The notes beneath the pieces are model-generated. The model saw nothing but the letters and a program-made list of their open reading frames with translations. It ran no database searches and was not told the DNA's origin. DNA of 64,000 nucleotides from NCBI GenBank assembly GCA_958415525.1, contig CATYZE010000003.1, positions 66,671 through 130,670 on the forward strand, written 5' to 3'. This DNA is from an uncultured Collinsella sp. Its GTDB lineage: Bacteria > Actinomycetota > Coriobacteriia > Coriobacteriales > Coriobacteriaceae. The translations under genes were made by a program, and so were the position numbers. This document shows, piece by piece, positions 45,666 through 55,546 of this stretch (position 1 is the first letter of the stretch; each line of letters begins with the position of its first letter).

Positions 45666-48332
45666 ATGACACCTCTCGTAAAACGACTCCCGCGCGAGCT
45701 GCGCCGCAATATCGGTAAGTACCTGGGCATCTTTTTGCTCATGTGCGGAAGCATCGCCCTTACCTCGGGCTTTTTGCTCGCGGCGCATTCCATCGGCTGC
45801 CTCATCGACGACATGCGCGACGAGTACACGATTGAGGACGGCCGCGTGACCACCTCCTTCGAGGCTACCAAAGACCAGCTCAAGGCCGCCGAGGATGCAG
45901 CCGGCGACGTCGGTGGCGTCACGCTCTACAAGAATTTCTCCATCGACGCCATCATCAAAAAGACCGCCGGCGACGACGGCACAAAGCGCACGCTGCGCAC
46001 CTATGCGCACCGCACCAAGGTCGATATCGCGTCCTACTGCGAAGGCAGGCAGCCAAGGGCGGACGACGAGGTGGCCATCGACCGTGTCTTCGCCACCAAC
46101 AACGACCTCGCCGTGGGCGATAAGGTCGAGCTTGAGGGCCGCACCTACACCATCTGCGGCATCATGACCCAGCCCGATAGCCAGGCGCTGTTCCTCAACA
46201 ATTCGGACTTTACGGTGAACACCATCACCTATGGTGTTGCCGAGGTCACCGACGCCGGCTTTGCCGCGCTCGAGGATGCCGGCGGCGCGCCCGCCTACAC
46301 GTACTCCTTTACCTTTAACGACCGCGGGCTTTCCACCGCGGACCGCACCGATGCCGAGCAGGATATGGTAGAGGCGCTCACCGATGCCGATGCGCGCGTG
46401 GACGATCTGATCGATGCCGATTCCAACCAGGGCATTGGCTATGCGCGCGACGACGTAGACGGCGACTCCATGATGTGGATGACGTTGCTCGACATCATCA
46501 TCGTGATCATGGCATTTGTCTTTGTGGTGCTCACTGACGCCACCATCGAGGAGGAGAGCGCCATCATCGGCACGCTACTCGCCAGCGGCTATCGTCGACG
46601 CGAGATCGTGCTGCACTACCTGGCGCTTCCCGCCATCGTGGGCGTGGTCGCGGCGCTTTTGGGCACTGCGCTCGGCGTTGTGTTTTTTACCGAGCCCATG
46701 CGCAGCCTCTATTACGGTTCGTACAGCCTGCCGCCCTTCCAGGTGTACTGGAGCTGGGAGATCTTTGTGAAGTGCGCCGTGGTTCCCGCCGTCGCGCTCA
46801 TCCTCATCACGCTGGTGGGCCTGCTCCGCAAAATGGGCAAGACGCCGTTGCAGTTCCTTCGTCACGAGGCGAGCGGTAAGTCGGGTACCAAGCGCGGTCT
46901 GCAGCTGCCGGAACGCATGGGCTTTGTCTCCCGCTTCCGTCTGCGCGTTTTCCTGCGCAACCTGGGCAACTTCGCCACGCTCTTCGTGGGCATCGCGTTT
47001 GGGTCGCTGCTTTTGCTCTTTGGCCTGGCGATCCTGCCCACGATGACGCACTATGCGGACAACCTCGAGACGAGCCTGGTCGCCGAGCATCAGTACACAC
47101 TTAAGGCGCCGCTGGAGCTCGAGGGCACTACCGAGGAGCGCGAGCAGTGGTCGGCACTCGAGCGCTTGCAGTCGGTTGACGGCGCGCTGCTCTCCGCCGC
47201 CCAGGATGCCGATGACGAGCTTGACGGCGCGGCCGATGCGGCGCAGACGGCAGCCGATGCCGCGACCGCATCTCCGTCTGCCGAGAGCCTGACCGCAGCG
47301 CAGGATGCGCTTGCCAAGGTCCAGGACAAGAAGGATGCGCTCTACGCGCGCCTTGACGATCTTGCCGATGCCCTCGGCTGCAACCGCGATGAGGCCATCG
47401 ATCTGATCGACAAGGCCTCTAAGATCGACACTGACAACGACGATATCCACCCGGTCAATACGACCGACAACGGCGCGGGCGCAATCGCGCAGGCCGAGAA
47501 ATATGCCGTTTACCAGCTGCAGTACGACCGTGGCGACGGTAATGGCGAGGAGGCGATTTCCGTCTACGGCATTTCATCTCATTCGCGCTATTGGAAAGAC
47601 CTCAACGTCGGCGACGGCCGCGTTGTCTTTGGCGGCGGCCTGCTCGACAAGTTTGGCTGGAGCGAGGGCCAGAAGGTCACACTCAGCGACAAGTACGAGG
47701 GTGAGCATTATTCCTTTGAGTACGCGGGCAAGGACTGTGCTTGGGGCTCCAAGTCGGACATGAACATCTATATGAGTATCGATGACTTTAACGAGCTGTT
47801 CGGCAACGACGCCGCCTACTTTAACGGCTATGTGAGCGACGAGAAGCTCGACCTCGATGCTCGTTACTTTGCCGGCGACACCACGCCCGACGACATGCGC
47901 GCCGTGGGCGACCAGTTCATCGGCATGATGAGCAAAATGATCGGCATGATGGTCGGGCTCGCGGTGTTTATCTTCCTGCTGTTTATGTACCTGCTGACCA
48001 AGGCGGTGATCGACCACAGCGCCCGTTCGATCAGCTACATGAAAGTCTTTGGCTATCGCGATAGCGAGATCTCGCATCTGTACATCCGCTCGATCACGCT
48101 GTGCGTGGCGGCGTCGCTCGTGCTGAGCCTGCCGGTCATTATTGGCTCGCTCACGGCCATCTTCCGCTCGATGCTGCTCGCCTACAACGGCAATATCGAG
48201 ATCTACGTGCCCGCTTGGTCCATGGCTGCATGCGTCGGCATTGGCTTTGCGGCCTACCTGGTCGTGGCGCTGCTACACACGCGCTCTATCAAGCGCGTCG
48301 GTCTGGCCGAAGCCCTCAAGGTGCAAGAGTAG
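45666..48332 (+). CDS. FtsX-family ABC permease with duplicated FtsX domains and a large Asp/Ala-rich central region
   Basis: About 888 aa. N-terminus MTPLVKRLPRELRRNIGKYLGIFLL is typical of MacB/FtsX-like permeases. Two clusters of 3-4 TM helices. Confidence 0.85.
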   Translation: MTPLVKRLPRELRRNIGKYLGIFLLMCGSIALTSGFLLAAHSIGCLIDDMRDEYTIEDGRVTTSFEATKDQLKAAEDAAGDVGGVTLYKNFSIDAIIKKTAGDDGTKRTLRTYAHRTKVDIASYCEGRQPRADDEVAIDRVFATNNDLAVGDKVELEGRTYTICGIMTQPDSQALFLNNSDFTVNTITYGVAEVTDAGFAALEDAGGAPAYTYSFTFNDRGLSTADRTDAEQDMVEALTDADARVDDLIDADSNQGIGYARDDVDGDSMMWMTLLDIIIVIMAFVFVVLTDATIEEESAIIGTLLASGYRRREIVLHYLALPAIVGVVAALLGTALGVVFFTEPMRSLYYGSYSLPPFQVYWSWEIFVKCAVVPAVALILITLVGLLRKMGKTPLQFLRHEASGKSGTKRGLQLPERMGFVSRFRLRVFLRNLGNFATLFVGIAFGSLLLLFGLAILPTMTHYADNLETSLVAEHQYTLKAPLELEGTTEEREQWSALERLQSVDGALLSAAQDADDELDGAADAAQTAADAATASPSAESLTAAQDALAKVQDKKDALYARLDDLADALGCNRDEAIDLIDKASKIDTDNDDIHPVNTTDNGAGAIAQAEKYAVYQLQYDRGDGNGEEAISVYGISSHSRYWKDLNVGDGRVVFGGGLLDKFGWSEGQKVTLSDKYEGEHYSFEYAGKDCAWGSKSDMNIYMSIDDFNELFGNDAAYFNGYVSDEKLDLDARYFAGDTTPDDMRAVGDQFIGMMSKMIGMMVGLAVFIFLLFMYLLTKAVIDHSARSISYMKVFGYRDSEISHLYIRSITLCVAASLVLSLPVIIGSLTAIFRSMLLAYNGNIEIYVPAWSMAACVGIGFAAYLVVALLHTRSIKRVGLAEALKVQE

Positions 48333-48487
48333 CAATTGGGGACGTTCTTAAACGACTAGTCATCGGGGACAGTCTTTGTCGGATTGCCGGCTCGTCGGCC
48401 GGACTGGCAAGGACTGTCCCTGGCGGCACTCATTTAAGTCTGTCCCCAATGAGTGGTTTCACTCATTTAAGTCTGTCCCCAATGAGT
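48333..48487. repeat. GGGGACAG-type repeat cluster (family D), right of the MacB-like operon
   Basis: CAATTGGGGACGTTCTTAAACGAC (48333-48356). Hairpin ...CATCGGGGACAGTCTTTG... / CAAGGACTGTCCC (to 48420). Two inverted units TTTAAGTCTGTCCCCAATGA at 48433-48452 and 48466-48485. Confidence 0.85.
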
Positions 48488-48582
48488 GCCTAACGACTCG
48501 GCGTTGCGCTTGACTTCGACCCTACTTCAACGGGTACCATCCTCTATGTCTGTAACGCCATATAGACCGAGGGGATAGATCT

Positions 48583-49788
48583 ATGACCGCAACTGCACCC
48601 GCAGCACCCGCTAAGGTGTACTTCACCAACCTGCGCACGCATGCTCGCGAGAGCCAGCTCGACAAGCTCAAGCGCCTTATCCGTCACGCCGGTATCGAGC
48701 AGATCGACTTTGAGAACAAGTTCGTCGCCATCAAGATTCACTTTGGCGAGCTGGGCAACCTGAGCTTTTTGCGCCCCAACTACGCCCGCGCCGTCGCGGA
48801 CGTCGTGAAGGAACTGGGCGGCAAGCCCTTCCTCACCGACTGCAACACGCTCTATGTCGGTAGCCGCAAAAACGCGCTCGAGCACATCGATACCGCCTAT
48901 CAGAACGGCTTTACCCCGTATGCCACGGGTTGCCAGATCATCATCGCCGACGGCCTCAAGGGCACCGACGAGGCGCTCGTCCCGGTCGAGGGCGGCGAGT
49001 ACGTGCACGAGGCCAAGATCGGTCAGGCGCTCATGGACGCCGACATTGTGATCAGTCTTACCCACTTTAAGGGCCATGAGCAGGCCGGTTTTGGCGGCGC
49101 CATGAAGAATCTTGGTATGGGCGGCGGCAGCCGTGCCGGCAAGATGGAGCAGCATGCCGCCGGCAAGCCGAACGTCGCGACCGAGCACTGCGTTGGCTGC
49201 CGTGCCTGCGAAAAGATCTGTGCGCACAACGCCATCTCGTTTGACGATACCCGCGAGCGCGAGCTTGCCAACGGCAACACCTGCACGGTGCACGTGGCCG
49301 CCATCGACCACGATCGCTGCGTGGGTTGCGGACGCTGCATTGCGGCATGCAACCAGGACTGCATCAAGCCCGGCTATGACGCCGCGGCCGACGTGCTCAA
49401 CTGCAAGATCGCCGAGTACACTAAGGCCGTTGTCCAGGATCGCCCCAGCTTCCATATTTCGCTGGCTATGGATATCAGCCCCAACTGCGACTGCCACCCC
49501 GAAAACGACACACCCATCGTCAACGACATCGGCATGTTCGCGAGCTTCGACCCGGTCGCCATCGACCAGGCCTGTGCCGATGCCGTCATGGCATCCGAGC
49601 CGCTGCCCAACACCGAGCTCACCGACAGCGCCGCCAAGATGGAGCATAACCACGAGCATCTGGAGGGCGAGCAGGCCAAGGATCCCTTCTGCATCACGCA
49701 TCCCGACACCGACTGGCGCGCGTGCATCGCGCATGCCGAGAAAATCGGCTTGGGCACGAGCGAGTACGAGCTCATCGAGATCAAGTAA
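48583..49788 (+). CDS. DUF362 domain protein with an embedded 2x[4Fe-4S] ferredoxin domain
   Basis: N-terminus KVYFTNLR...VAIKIHFGE...LTDCNTLY (DUF362-like). CVGCRACEKIC and CVGCGRCIAAC motifs. Confidence 0.8.
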   Translation: MTATAPAAPAKVYFTNLRTHARESQLDKLKRLIRHAGIEQIDFENKFVAIKIHFGELGNLSFLRPNYARAVADVVKELGGKPFLTDCNTLYVGSRKNALEHIDTAYQNGFTPYATGCQIIIADGLKGTDEALVPVEGGEYVHEAKIGQALMDADIVISLTHFKGHEQAGFGGAMKNLGMGGGSRAGKMEQHAAGKPNVATEHCVGCRACEKICAHNAISFDDTRERELANGNTCTVHVAAIDHDRCVGCGRCIAACNQDCIKPGYDAAADVLNCKIAEYTKAVVQDRPSFHISLAMDISPNCDCHPENDTPIVNDIGMFASFDPVAIDQACADAVMASEPLPNTELTDSAAKMEHNHEHLEGEQAKDPFCITHPDTDWRACIAHAEKIGLGTSEYELIEIK

Positions 49789-49836
49789 CGCCTAGCTATT
49801 GGACAAAACAAGCGCCTTTGTAGCGCTAGTTGAGCA

Positions 49837-49873
49837 AAAGCCGCCCGCGAGCACAACGCTCGCGGGCGGCTTT
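49837..49873. terminator. Bidirectional rho-independent terminator between convergent genes
   Basis: AAAGCCGCCCGCGAGC-acaac-GCTCGCGGGCGGCTTT (A-run upstream, T-run downstream). Confidence 0.8.
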
Positions 49874-49874
49874 C

Positions 49875-49998
49875 CGGAAGTATGCGGCAAATTTCGAGAC
49901 CGCCGAGCACACGACGTTTTTTGGCAACAAAACCCCTGATAAATTGTTGGTAAAACTGCGGTCTGGTCGGCAGTTCCAGATTTTGCCGCATACTTCCG
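49875..49998. repeat. 124-bp MITE-like element with 17-bp perfect terminal inverted repeats CGGAAGTATGCGGCAAA
   Basis: Left arm 49875-49891, right arm 49982-49998 (exact reverse complement). Confidence 0.75.
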
Positions 49999-50039
49999 AA
50001 AATAGGGGGTCAGATAAAGCCCCAGACGTTGCTTTTTGC

Positions 50040-51005
50040 CTAAAAATACTCGTCGAGGAAGTTGTTGACTGTGTTCCAGTAGAGCTCGGGGTCAACTTGC
50101 GCGCTCTTGGCGTGGGCGGCGCCATGAATGGTGAGCTTTTGCTTGGCTTTGCTGGCGCACGCGTCGTAGTTTTGGTCGAGCATGTCGTACGGCACAAAGG
50201 TGTCCTGGTCGCCGTGGATAAACAGCATGGGAACCGTCGCGTGTTTGAGTTGCTCCACACTGCTCGCCTTATGAAAGTCGTAGCCCGCGCGCACGTTGCA
50301 CACCAAGTTTGCTACATCGAGCAAGGGAAAGCTGGGCAGGCCGAACACGTCCTTGAGCTGCAGGGAAAACTCGTCCCAAACACTCGTATAACCACAGTCC
50401 TCGATAATGCATTTCACGTTTGCGGGCAGAGATTCCCCCGCGACGTTCATGGCGGTTGCCGCACCCATCGACTCGCCAAAGACCAGGATGCGCGCCTCGG
50501 GGTCAGCTGCGACGATCCGCCCAATCCATGCAACGACATCGAGGCGCTCGGGCCAGCCCATGCCGATATAGTCGCCGCCGGAGCGCTCGTGGGCGCGGGC
50601 GGCAGGCGCGAGCACGTTCATGCCGCGGTCGTGGAAGCGCTTGGCGTATCGGGCCATGCCGATGGGCTCGTTGGTATATCCATGCAGGCAGACGGCGTAA
50701 TCGTGGGTGTTCTCCGAGGCGGCAAAATACCAAGCGGCAAGTTCGGTTCCGTCATCTGCGGTGAGGCTGCTGCTCTCGCGATTCTCTTTAAACCACGCCC
50801 GCGCCTCGGTTTCCTCGGCATCCGGCTGCTCGCCTTCTTTGTCGTTCTTGCTATCCTGCATCATCTTCATGGTGTAGGGCGCTTGGGGATTCAGGGCAAA
50901 GTCAAACAAAAAGTTGCCGGCAAACCCCAGCAGCGCGACAACGAGCACCAGCGCAACGACGCCGGCTATCTTGAGCTTTCGATGGGAACGTGCGTTTTGA
51001 GACAT
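50040..51005 (-). CDS. Membrane-anchored alpha/beta-fold hydrolase
   Basis: N-terminal TM (IAGVVALVLVVALLGFAG), nucleophile elbow GESMGA, HGDQDTFVP, and C-terminal GAAH carrying a catalytic His candidate. Confidence 0.8.
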   Translation of the reverse strand: MSQNARSHRKLKIAGVVALVLVVALLGFAGNFLFDFALNPQAPYTMKMMQDSKNDKEGEQPDAEETEARAWFKENRESSSLTADDGTELAAWYFAASENTHDYAVCLHGYTNEPIGMARYAKRFHDRGMNVLAPAARAHERSGGDYIGMGWPERLDVVAWIGRIVAADPEARILVFGESMGAATAMNVAGESLPANVKCIIEDCGYTSVWDEFSLQLKDVFGLPSFPLLDVANLVCNVRAGYDFHKASSVEQLKHATVPMLFIHGDQDTFVPYDMLDQNYDACASKAKQKLTIHGAAHAKSAQVDPELYWNTVNNFLDEYF

Positions 51006-51191
51006 AAGAGGCTTTCCTATAAGATGTTAATACATCAACATTTAATGCAAGCGCATTATGGACGTTCGCCGTTGATGCGTCAACAGGCAAAGAATGGGTA
51101 AACAAAGGGTCACGTATGGTGCAAATTTCGCACGTACCTAGACGCTTTGATATAGTGTTGAGAACTCTTTACGTTGGAGGATGTAACCGGC

Positions 51192-51875
51192 ATGTCCGAT
51201 TCGAGCGACAGTTCTAAGCCGCGACCCAAGACCGCGGCCGTTCCACACTACACGGTGGGCGAGGAGATCATGAACTCCGTCACCCACGGTGTCGGCTGCC
51301 TGCTGGGCATCGCGGGCCTGGTGCTCCTGATCGTATTCGCTGCCCTGCGCGGCGGAGGCCCGGCCCATATGGCCGCGGCAATTGTCTATGGCGTCAGCAT
51401 TATCCTCGAATACCTAGCCTCTACGCTCTACCACGCGATTCAGCCCGCGCGCGCCAAGCGCGTGTTTCGCATCATCGACCATAGCTGCATCTACCTGCTC
51501 ATAGCCGGCAGCTATACCCCGTTTTGCCTTATCACGCTCGCAAACGACGGCGGCCCCGCGCTGTTCTTTGCCGTATGGGCTATTGCCATTGTCGGCATCG
51601 CCCTCGAGTGCTTTATGCGCGAGCGTCAACCGCACTGGGTAAGCGGCCTGGTCTACCTGCTGATGGGCTGGCTCGTTGTCTTTAAGCTGCCCGACCTGGT
51701 GGCACTGCTCAACCCCGTGGCACTTGCCCTGCTCGCCGTCGGCGGCGTGTGCTACACCGTGGGCGTGCCGTTCTATATCGCAAAAAACGTGCGCTATCTG
51801 CACAGCGTGTTCCACCTGTGGGTGCTCGCCGGTAGCATCTTCCAGTTCATGGCGGTGATCCTCTTCGTAATCTAG
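51192..51875 (+). CDS. Hemolysin III / PAQR family membrane protein
   Basis: 7 hydrophobic helices. EEIMNSVTHGVG and HSVFHLWVLAGS motifs. GGAGGA RBS 10 nt upstream of the ATG at 51192. Confidence 0.85.
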   Translation: MSDSSDSSKPRPKTAAVPHYTVGEEIMNSVTHGVGCLLGIAGLVLLIVFAALRGGGPAHMAAAIVYGVSIILEYLASTLYHAIQPARAKRVFRIIDHSCIYLLIAGSYTPFCLITLANDGGPALFFAVWAIAIVGIALECFMRERQPHWVSGLVYLLMGWLVVFKLPDLVALLNPVALALLAVGGVCYTVGVPFYIAKNVRYLHSVFHLWVLAGSIFQFMAVILFVI

Positions 51876-51985
51876 CGACCACGCCTGCGCGCCCGCGTCC
51901 TCGTTTGGGCGCCGGCGCCATTGCCGTATCCGCAATCAACGTTTTAACCTGACGTCCCGAATCTTGGAGGTTCGAGAAACTCCCG

Positions 51986-53359
51986 ATGGACATAACCATC
52001 TCCCTTATCACCACCCTCGTTTTGACCCTCATCAACGGCTACTTCTCCATGTCCGAGATGGCCCTCACCACGGCCAAGCGCGCCGTGCTGGAGCACGAGG
52101 CCGAGGAGGGCGACAAGCGCGCCGAGCGTGCCATTAAACTGGCGGCCGACTCCGACCAGCTGCTGGCCACCATCCAGGTCGCCATCACGCTCGTGGGTTT
52201 CGCCTCGTCCGCCGTCGCCTCGACGAGCCTGTCCGACCCGCTCGCCACGTGGCTCATGAGCTTTGGCATCGCGCCGCTTTCCGCCATCGCGCGCGGCCTG
52301 GCGCCGGTCATCATCACCGTCGCCGTCGCCTTTGTGTCCATCGTGATCGGCGAGCTCGTGCCCAAGCGCATTGGCCTCGCTAACGCCGAGGGCGTATCCA
52401 AGCAGGTCGTGGGACCGCTCTCCGTGTTCCAAAAGATCGCCCGCCCGCTCGTGTGGCTGACCGGTGCCTGCTCCGACGGCCTGGCCCGCATCCTGCGCAT
52501 CAAGAGCGCCGATGACCGCCAGAACGTCTCGGAAGAAGAGATTAAGTACATGGTCTCGGAGCAGGACGACCTGCTCGACGAGGAAAAGCGCATGATCCAC
52601 GAGATCTTCGACCTGGGCGACACCGTTGCCCGCGAGGTCATGGTGCCGCGCGTGGACACTACCATGTGCGAGGACGACGAGACGGTCGCCGACGTGCTGT
52701 CCACCATGCGCCAGACCGGCTTTAGCCGCATCCCCGTCTATCACGAGGATCCCGACAACGTCGCCGGCATCGCGCACATCAAGGACCTGATCCAGCCTTC
52801 GCTCGACGGCAAGGGCGACCAGCCCATCGCCGACTTTTTGCGCGACGCCACCTTTGTGCCCGACACCAAGGACATCCTGCCGTTGCTGTCCGAGATGCAG
52901 ACCTCGCACGACCAGATCGTAGTGGTTGTGGACGAGTACGGTGGCACGGCCGGCATCATCACCATCGAGGACATCGTCGAGGAGATCGTGGGCGAGATCG
53001 AGGACGAGTTCGACCCCGACAACAAGTACCTCACGCGCCTTTCGCGCCGCGAGTGGCTCGTTGATGGGCGTTTTTCGTGCGATGACGCGATTGAGCTTGG
53101 TTGGCCGCTCGAGGAAAGCGATGATTATGAGACCATCGCCGGCTGGATCTTGGAGCTTTGTGACTCGGTGCCCGACATCGGAGAGGTGTTTGAGGTCGCG
53201 GGGTACAAGTTTAAAGTTCAGTCGATGCGTGGCCAGCGCATCTCGCTCATTCGCGTGATCGCTCCGGCCGAAACCGATAAGAAGGATTCCGAGTCTTCGG
53301 TAGACGAGCCGGCGGCGTCGGGTGCGGGCTCTGTGGATCCGCACGATGGCGACGAGTAG
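51986..53359 (+). CDS. CNNM/CorC-HlyC family transporter (DUF21 + CBS pair + CorC_HlyC domain)
   Basis: N-terminus INGYFSMSEMALTTAKR (DUF21), CBS region REVMVPRVD..., and the C-terminal transporter-associated domain. Confidence 0.9.
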   Translation: MDITISLITTLVLTLINGYFSMSEMALTTAKRAVLEHEAEEGDKRAERAIKLAADSDQLLATIQVAITLVGFASSAVASTSLSDPLATWLMSFGIAPLSAIARGLAPVIITVAVAFVSIVIGELVPKRIGLANAEGVSKQVVGPLSVFQKIARPLVWLTGACSDGLARILRIKSADDRQNVSEEEIKYMVSEQDDLLDEEKRMIHEIFDLGDTVAREVMVPRVDTTMCEDDETVADVLSTMRQTGFSRIPVYHEDPDNVAGIAHIKDLIQPSLDGKGDQPIADFLRDATFVPDTKDILPLLSEMQTSHDQIVVVVDEYGGTAGIITIEDIVEEIVGEIEDEFDPDNKYLTRLSRREWLVDGRFSCDDAIELGWPLEESDDYETIAGWILELCDSVPDIGEVFEVAGYKFKVQSMRGQRISLIRVIAPAETDKKDSESSVDEPAASGAGSVDPHDGDE

Positions 53360-53383
53360 GGCAAGGAAGAGTAGGGGAGAGTT

Positions 53384-54193
53384 ATGGCAGGCCTGTTCAA
53401 CATTCTTAAGGTCACCGTCAGCGAGGACAAGATCTGCGCGCATGTGCTGGTGAACCCCGGCATGCCGCTCATGACCTCGGAGGATATCGAGGCCACGGCG
53501 CGCGTGTACTACCTGGTGCCGGCGATTGCCAAGCACCTGTGCCTGGGCGATTCCGGCCGCGAGTTCCAGGACTGCATGGGTCAGACCGAGCTCTGCCACC
53601 TGCTGGAGCACGTGACGGTCGAGCTCATGAACGAGACCGGTCTTGCCGGTAGCATCTCGTGCGGCCGCACGCGCGTAAGCGAGCATGACGAGCGTGTCTT
53701 TGAGGTCGAGCTTTCGTGTCCCGACGACGCACTGGCCATCGGTGCGCTGTCGTCGGCCACCTTTATGATGGACTGGGCGTACCTGCACGCCGACCAGCCT
53801 GCCCCCGACGTGGAAGGCACGGTCGCGGGCCTGCGCAACCTGGTGCTGGGCATGCGCGCCGAGGCCGAGGGCAAGGATCCTCACGAGGCCGTCGCTGCTG
53901 CGAACGGCGAAGATGCTGCCGAGGACGAGGGTGCTGACGAGGGCGATGTGCCGGTCGACGCCGAGCCCGTTCCCACCGAGCCCCAGGGCGTCCCCAACTT
54001 TGACGACGAGCCCCAGGTGGCGATTGATACCGAGGGCGCGGTTGCCGAGAACCACGAGGCCTCCGCTGCCGTCTTTGGCGGTGCGGCGACAGTTCCGGCA
54101 GGACCTGCGCATGAGGGCGGCCTGCCGCTCGTGGACGGCGCCGGCGAGGACCCGGGTGCCACGGTGGCCATGCCGGCTATGCCTCAGGAGTAG
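53384..54193 (+). CDS. Hypothetical protein with an acidic low-complexity C-terminal half
   Basis: 269-aa ORF in the operon frame after the CNNM gene. The N-terminal ~150 aa look globular (…CHLLEHVTVELMNETG…). No family recognised with confidence. Confidence 0.5.
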   Translation: MAGLFNILKVTVSEDKICAHVLVNPGMPLMTSEDIEATARVYYLVPAIAKHLCLGDSGREFQDCMGQTELCHLLEHVTVELMNETGLAGSISCGRTRVSEHDERVFEVELSCPDDALAIGALSSATFMMDWAYLHADQPAPDVEGTVAGLRNLVLGMRAEAEGKDPHEAVAAANGEDAAEDEGADEGDVPVDAEPVPTEPQGVPNFDDEPQVAIDTEGAVAENHEASAAVFGGAATVPAGPAHEGGLPLVDGAGEDPGATVAMPAMPQE

Positions 54194-54329
54194 GCCTACG
54201 CGTTTATCACCATCACGTACCTGCGCCTTTGCCGTACGCAGATGAGCGGAGCGGCAAGTGATGCGCTGCGGGTATAATGGACAGCATTCAAACGGTGGGC
54301 ACCGACGTGCCCGCAGGAGAGGAATGATC

Positions 54330-54719
54330 ATGGGTAAGACTTTCAGCTTTGTCTCCGGCGCACTTTTTGGTGCTGCTGCCGGCGCTATTATCGGTGTTGC
54401 TCTGGCCCCGCGCTCGGGCGCCGAGACCCGCGCCATGGCTGCCGATATCGCCAACGACGCCTGGGACAATATGCGCGACACCTACGAGCACAGCGCCGAG
54501 GAGGCCCGTGCCGCGGTGAATGACTTTGGCCCGATGGTCGACGCCAAGACCGACGACCTGCGCGCCAAGGTCGACCTGGCCCGCGAGCGCATGGACCAGC
54601 TGCGCGAGCAGCTCAACGACGCCATTTCGGGCGGCAACGTGACGCCTGCCGCCGACGTCGTGGTCGAGAACGCCGTCGAGGCCGATACCGAGGCTGCGGA
54701 GCCCTCGACTGAGGCATAA
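54330..54719 (+). CDS. YtxH-domain protein (small membrane-anchored stress-type protein)
   Basis: MGKTFSFVSGALFGAAAGAIIGVALAPRSGAETR is the typical YtxH N-terminus. AGGAGAGGA RBS upstream. Confidence 0.7.
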   Translation: MGKTFSFVSGALFGAAAGAIIGVALAPRSGAETRAMAADIANDAWDNMRDTYEHSAEEARAAVNDFGPMVDAKTDDLRAKVDLARERMDQLREQLNDAISGGNVTPAADVVVENAVEADTEAAEPSTEA

Positions 54720-55474
54720 TGCGCGCCGGGGATTTTGTCGGCGCCAAGATCTATCGCAAGCCTACCGAGGACAAGCGCACCAAAAAGGACGGCACGCCGC
54801 GCAGCCCTAAAAAGCTCGGAAAGATTCACTTTCCGGTCTTTACCCCGGGCGGTACGCGCGTGGTCGGCTTTATGGTCCGCCAGTCCGATATCGCGGGCAT
54901 GATCGAGCGTCCCGATCGATTCGTAGCGCTCGACGCCATTGGTGTCTACGAGGGCGCCATTGCGGTCGATGACGTCAAGGACACGTACGATGCCGCCGCC
55001 GCCAAGCGCCTCGACATCAACCTGGACGATTGCATCATCTGGGTCGGTATGGACGTGCGCACGGAATCGGGCGACGTCGTGGGCTATTGCTCGGACGTTG
55101 AGTTCAAGCCACGCTCGGGCATCGTGCAGGCATTCTATGTGACCGCCGGTGCTGCTTCGAGTGTTTTGGTTGGTGACACGCAGGTGCCGCCGACGATGCT
55201 GCGCGGCTACGAGAACGGCGCGATGATTGTCTCGGACGAGGTCAAGGCGCTCGGGTATTCGGGCGGCGCGGCCGCCAAGGCTGCCGAGGCCAGTGTCGTG
55301 GTGGGCGATAAGGTCAAGAAGGGCGCCAAGGTGCTCGATGACAAGGGATCGGTCGCCGTGGACAAGGGCAGTCGCGCACTGGGCAAGCAGCTCGGCAAGA
55401 CGCGCGGTATGTTCAAGGCCTTTAAGGACGAATATCAAAAGGCGAGCGGGGGCTCGTCAAAAGCTAGCAAATAG
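54719..55474 (+). CDS. PRC-barrel domain-containing protein (two PRC-like repeats)
   Basis: GKIHFPVFTPGGTRVVGFMV and GMDVRTESGDVVGYCSDVEF resemble PRC-barrel strands. The ATG overlaps the preceding stop (TAATG). Confidence 0.5.
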   Translation: MRAGDFVGAKIYRKPTEDKRTKKDGTPRSPKKLGKIHFPVFTPGGTRVVGFMVRQSDIAGMIERPDRFVALDAIGVYEGAIAVDDVKDTYDAAAAKRLDINLDDCIIWVGMDVRTESGDVVGYCSDVEFKPRSGIVQAFYVTAGAASSVLVGDTQVPPTMLRGYENGAMIVSDEVKALGYSGGAAAKAAEASVVVGDKVKKGAKVLDDKGSVAVDKGSRALGKQLGKTRGMFKAFKDEYQKASGGSSKASK

Positions 55475-55546
55475 CGACGTACCAAATGATGGGAGGCGAG
55501 CCGGAGACATGTTGCTCCGGCTCGCTGTGTTTATGGGGGAGGGCAC

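Noticed and set aside
49830-51101. 423-aa plus-strand ORF
   Set aside because: It is antisense to the alpha/beta hydrolase, which has a clear GESMGA nucleophile elbow and TM anchor, and it also runs through the MITE-like element. It is a shadow ORF.
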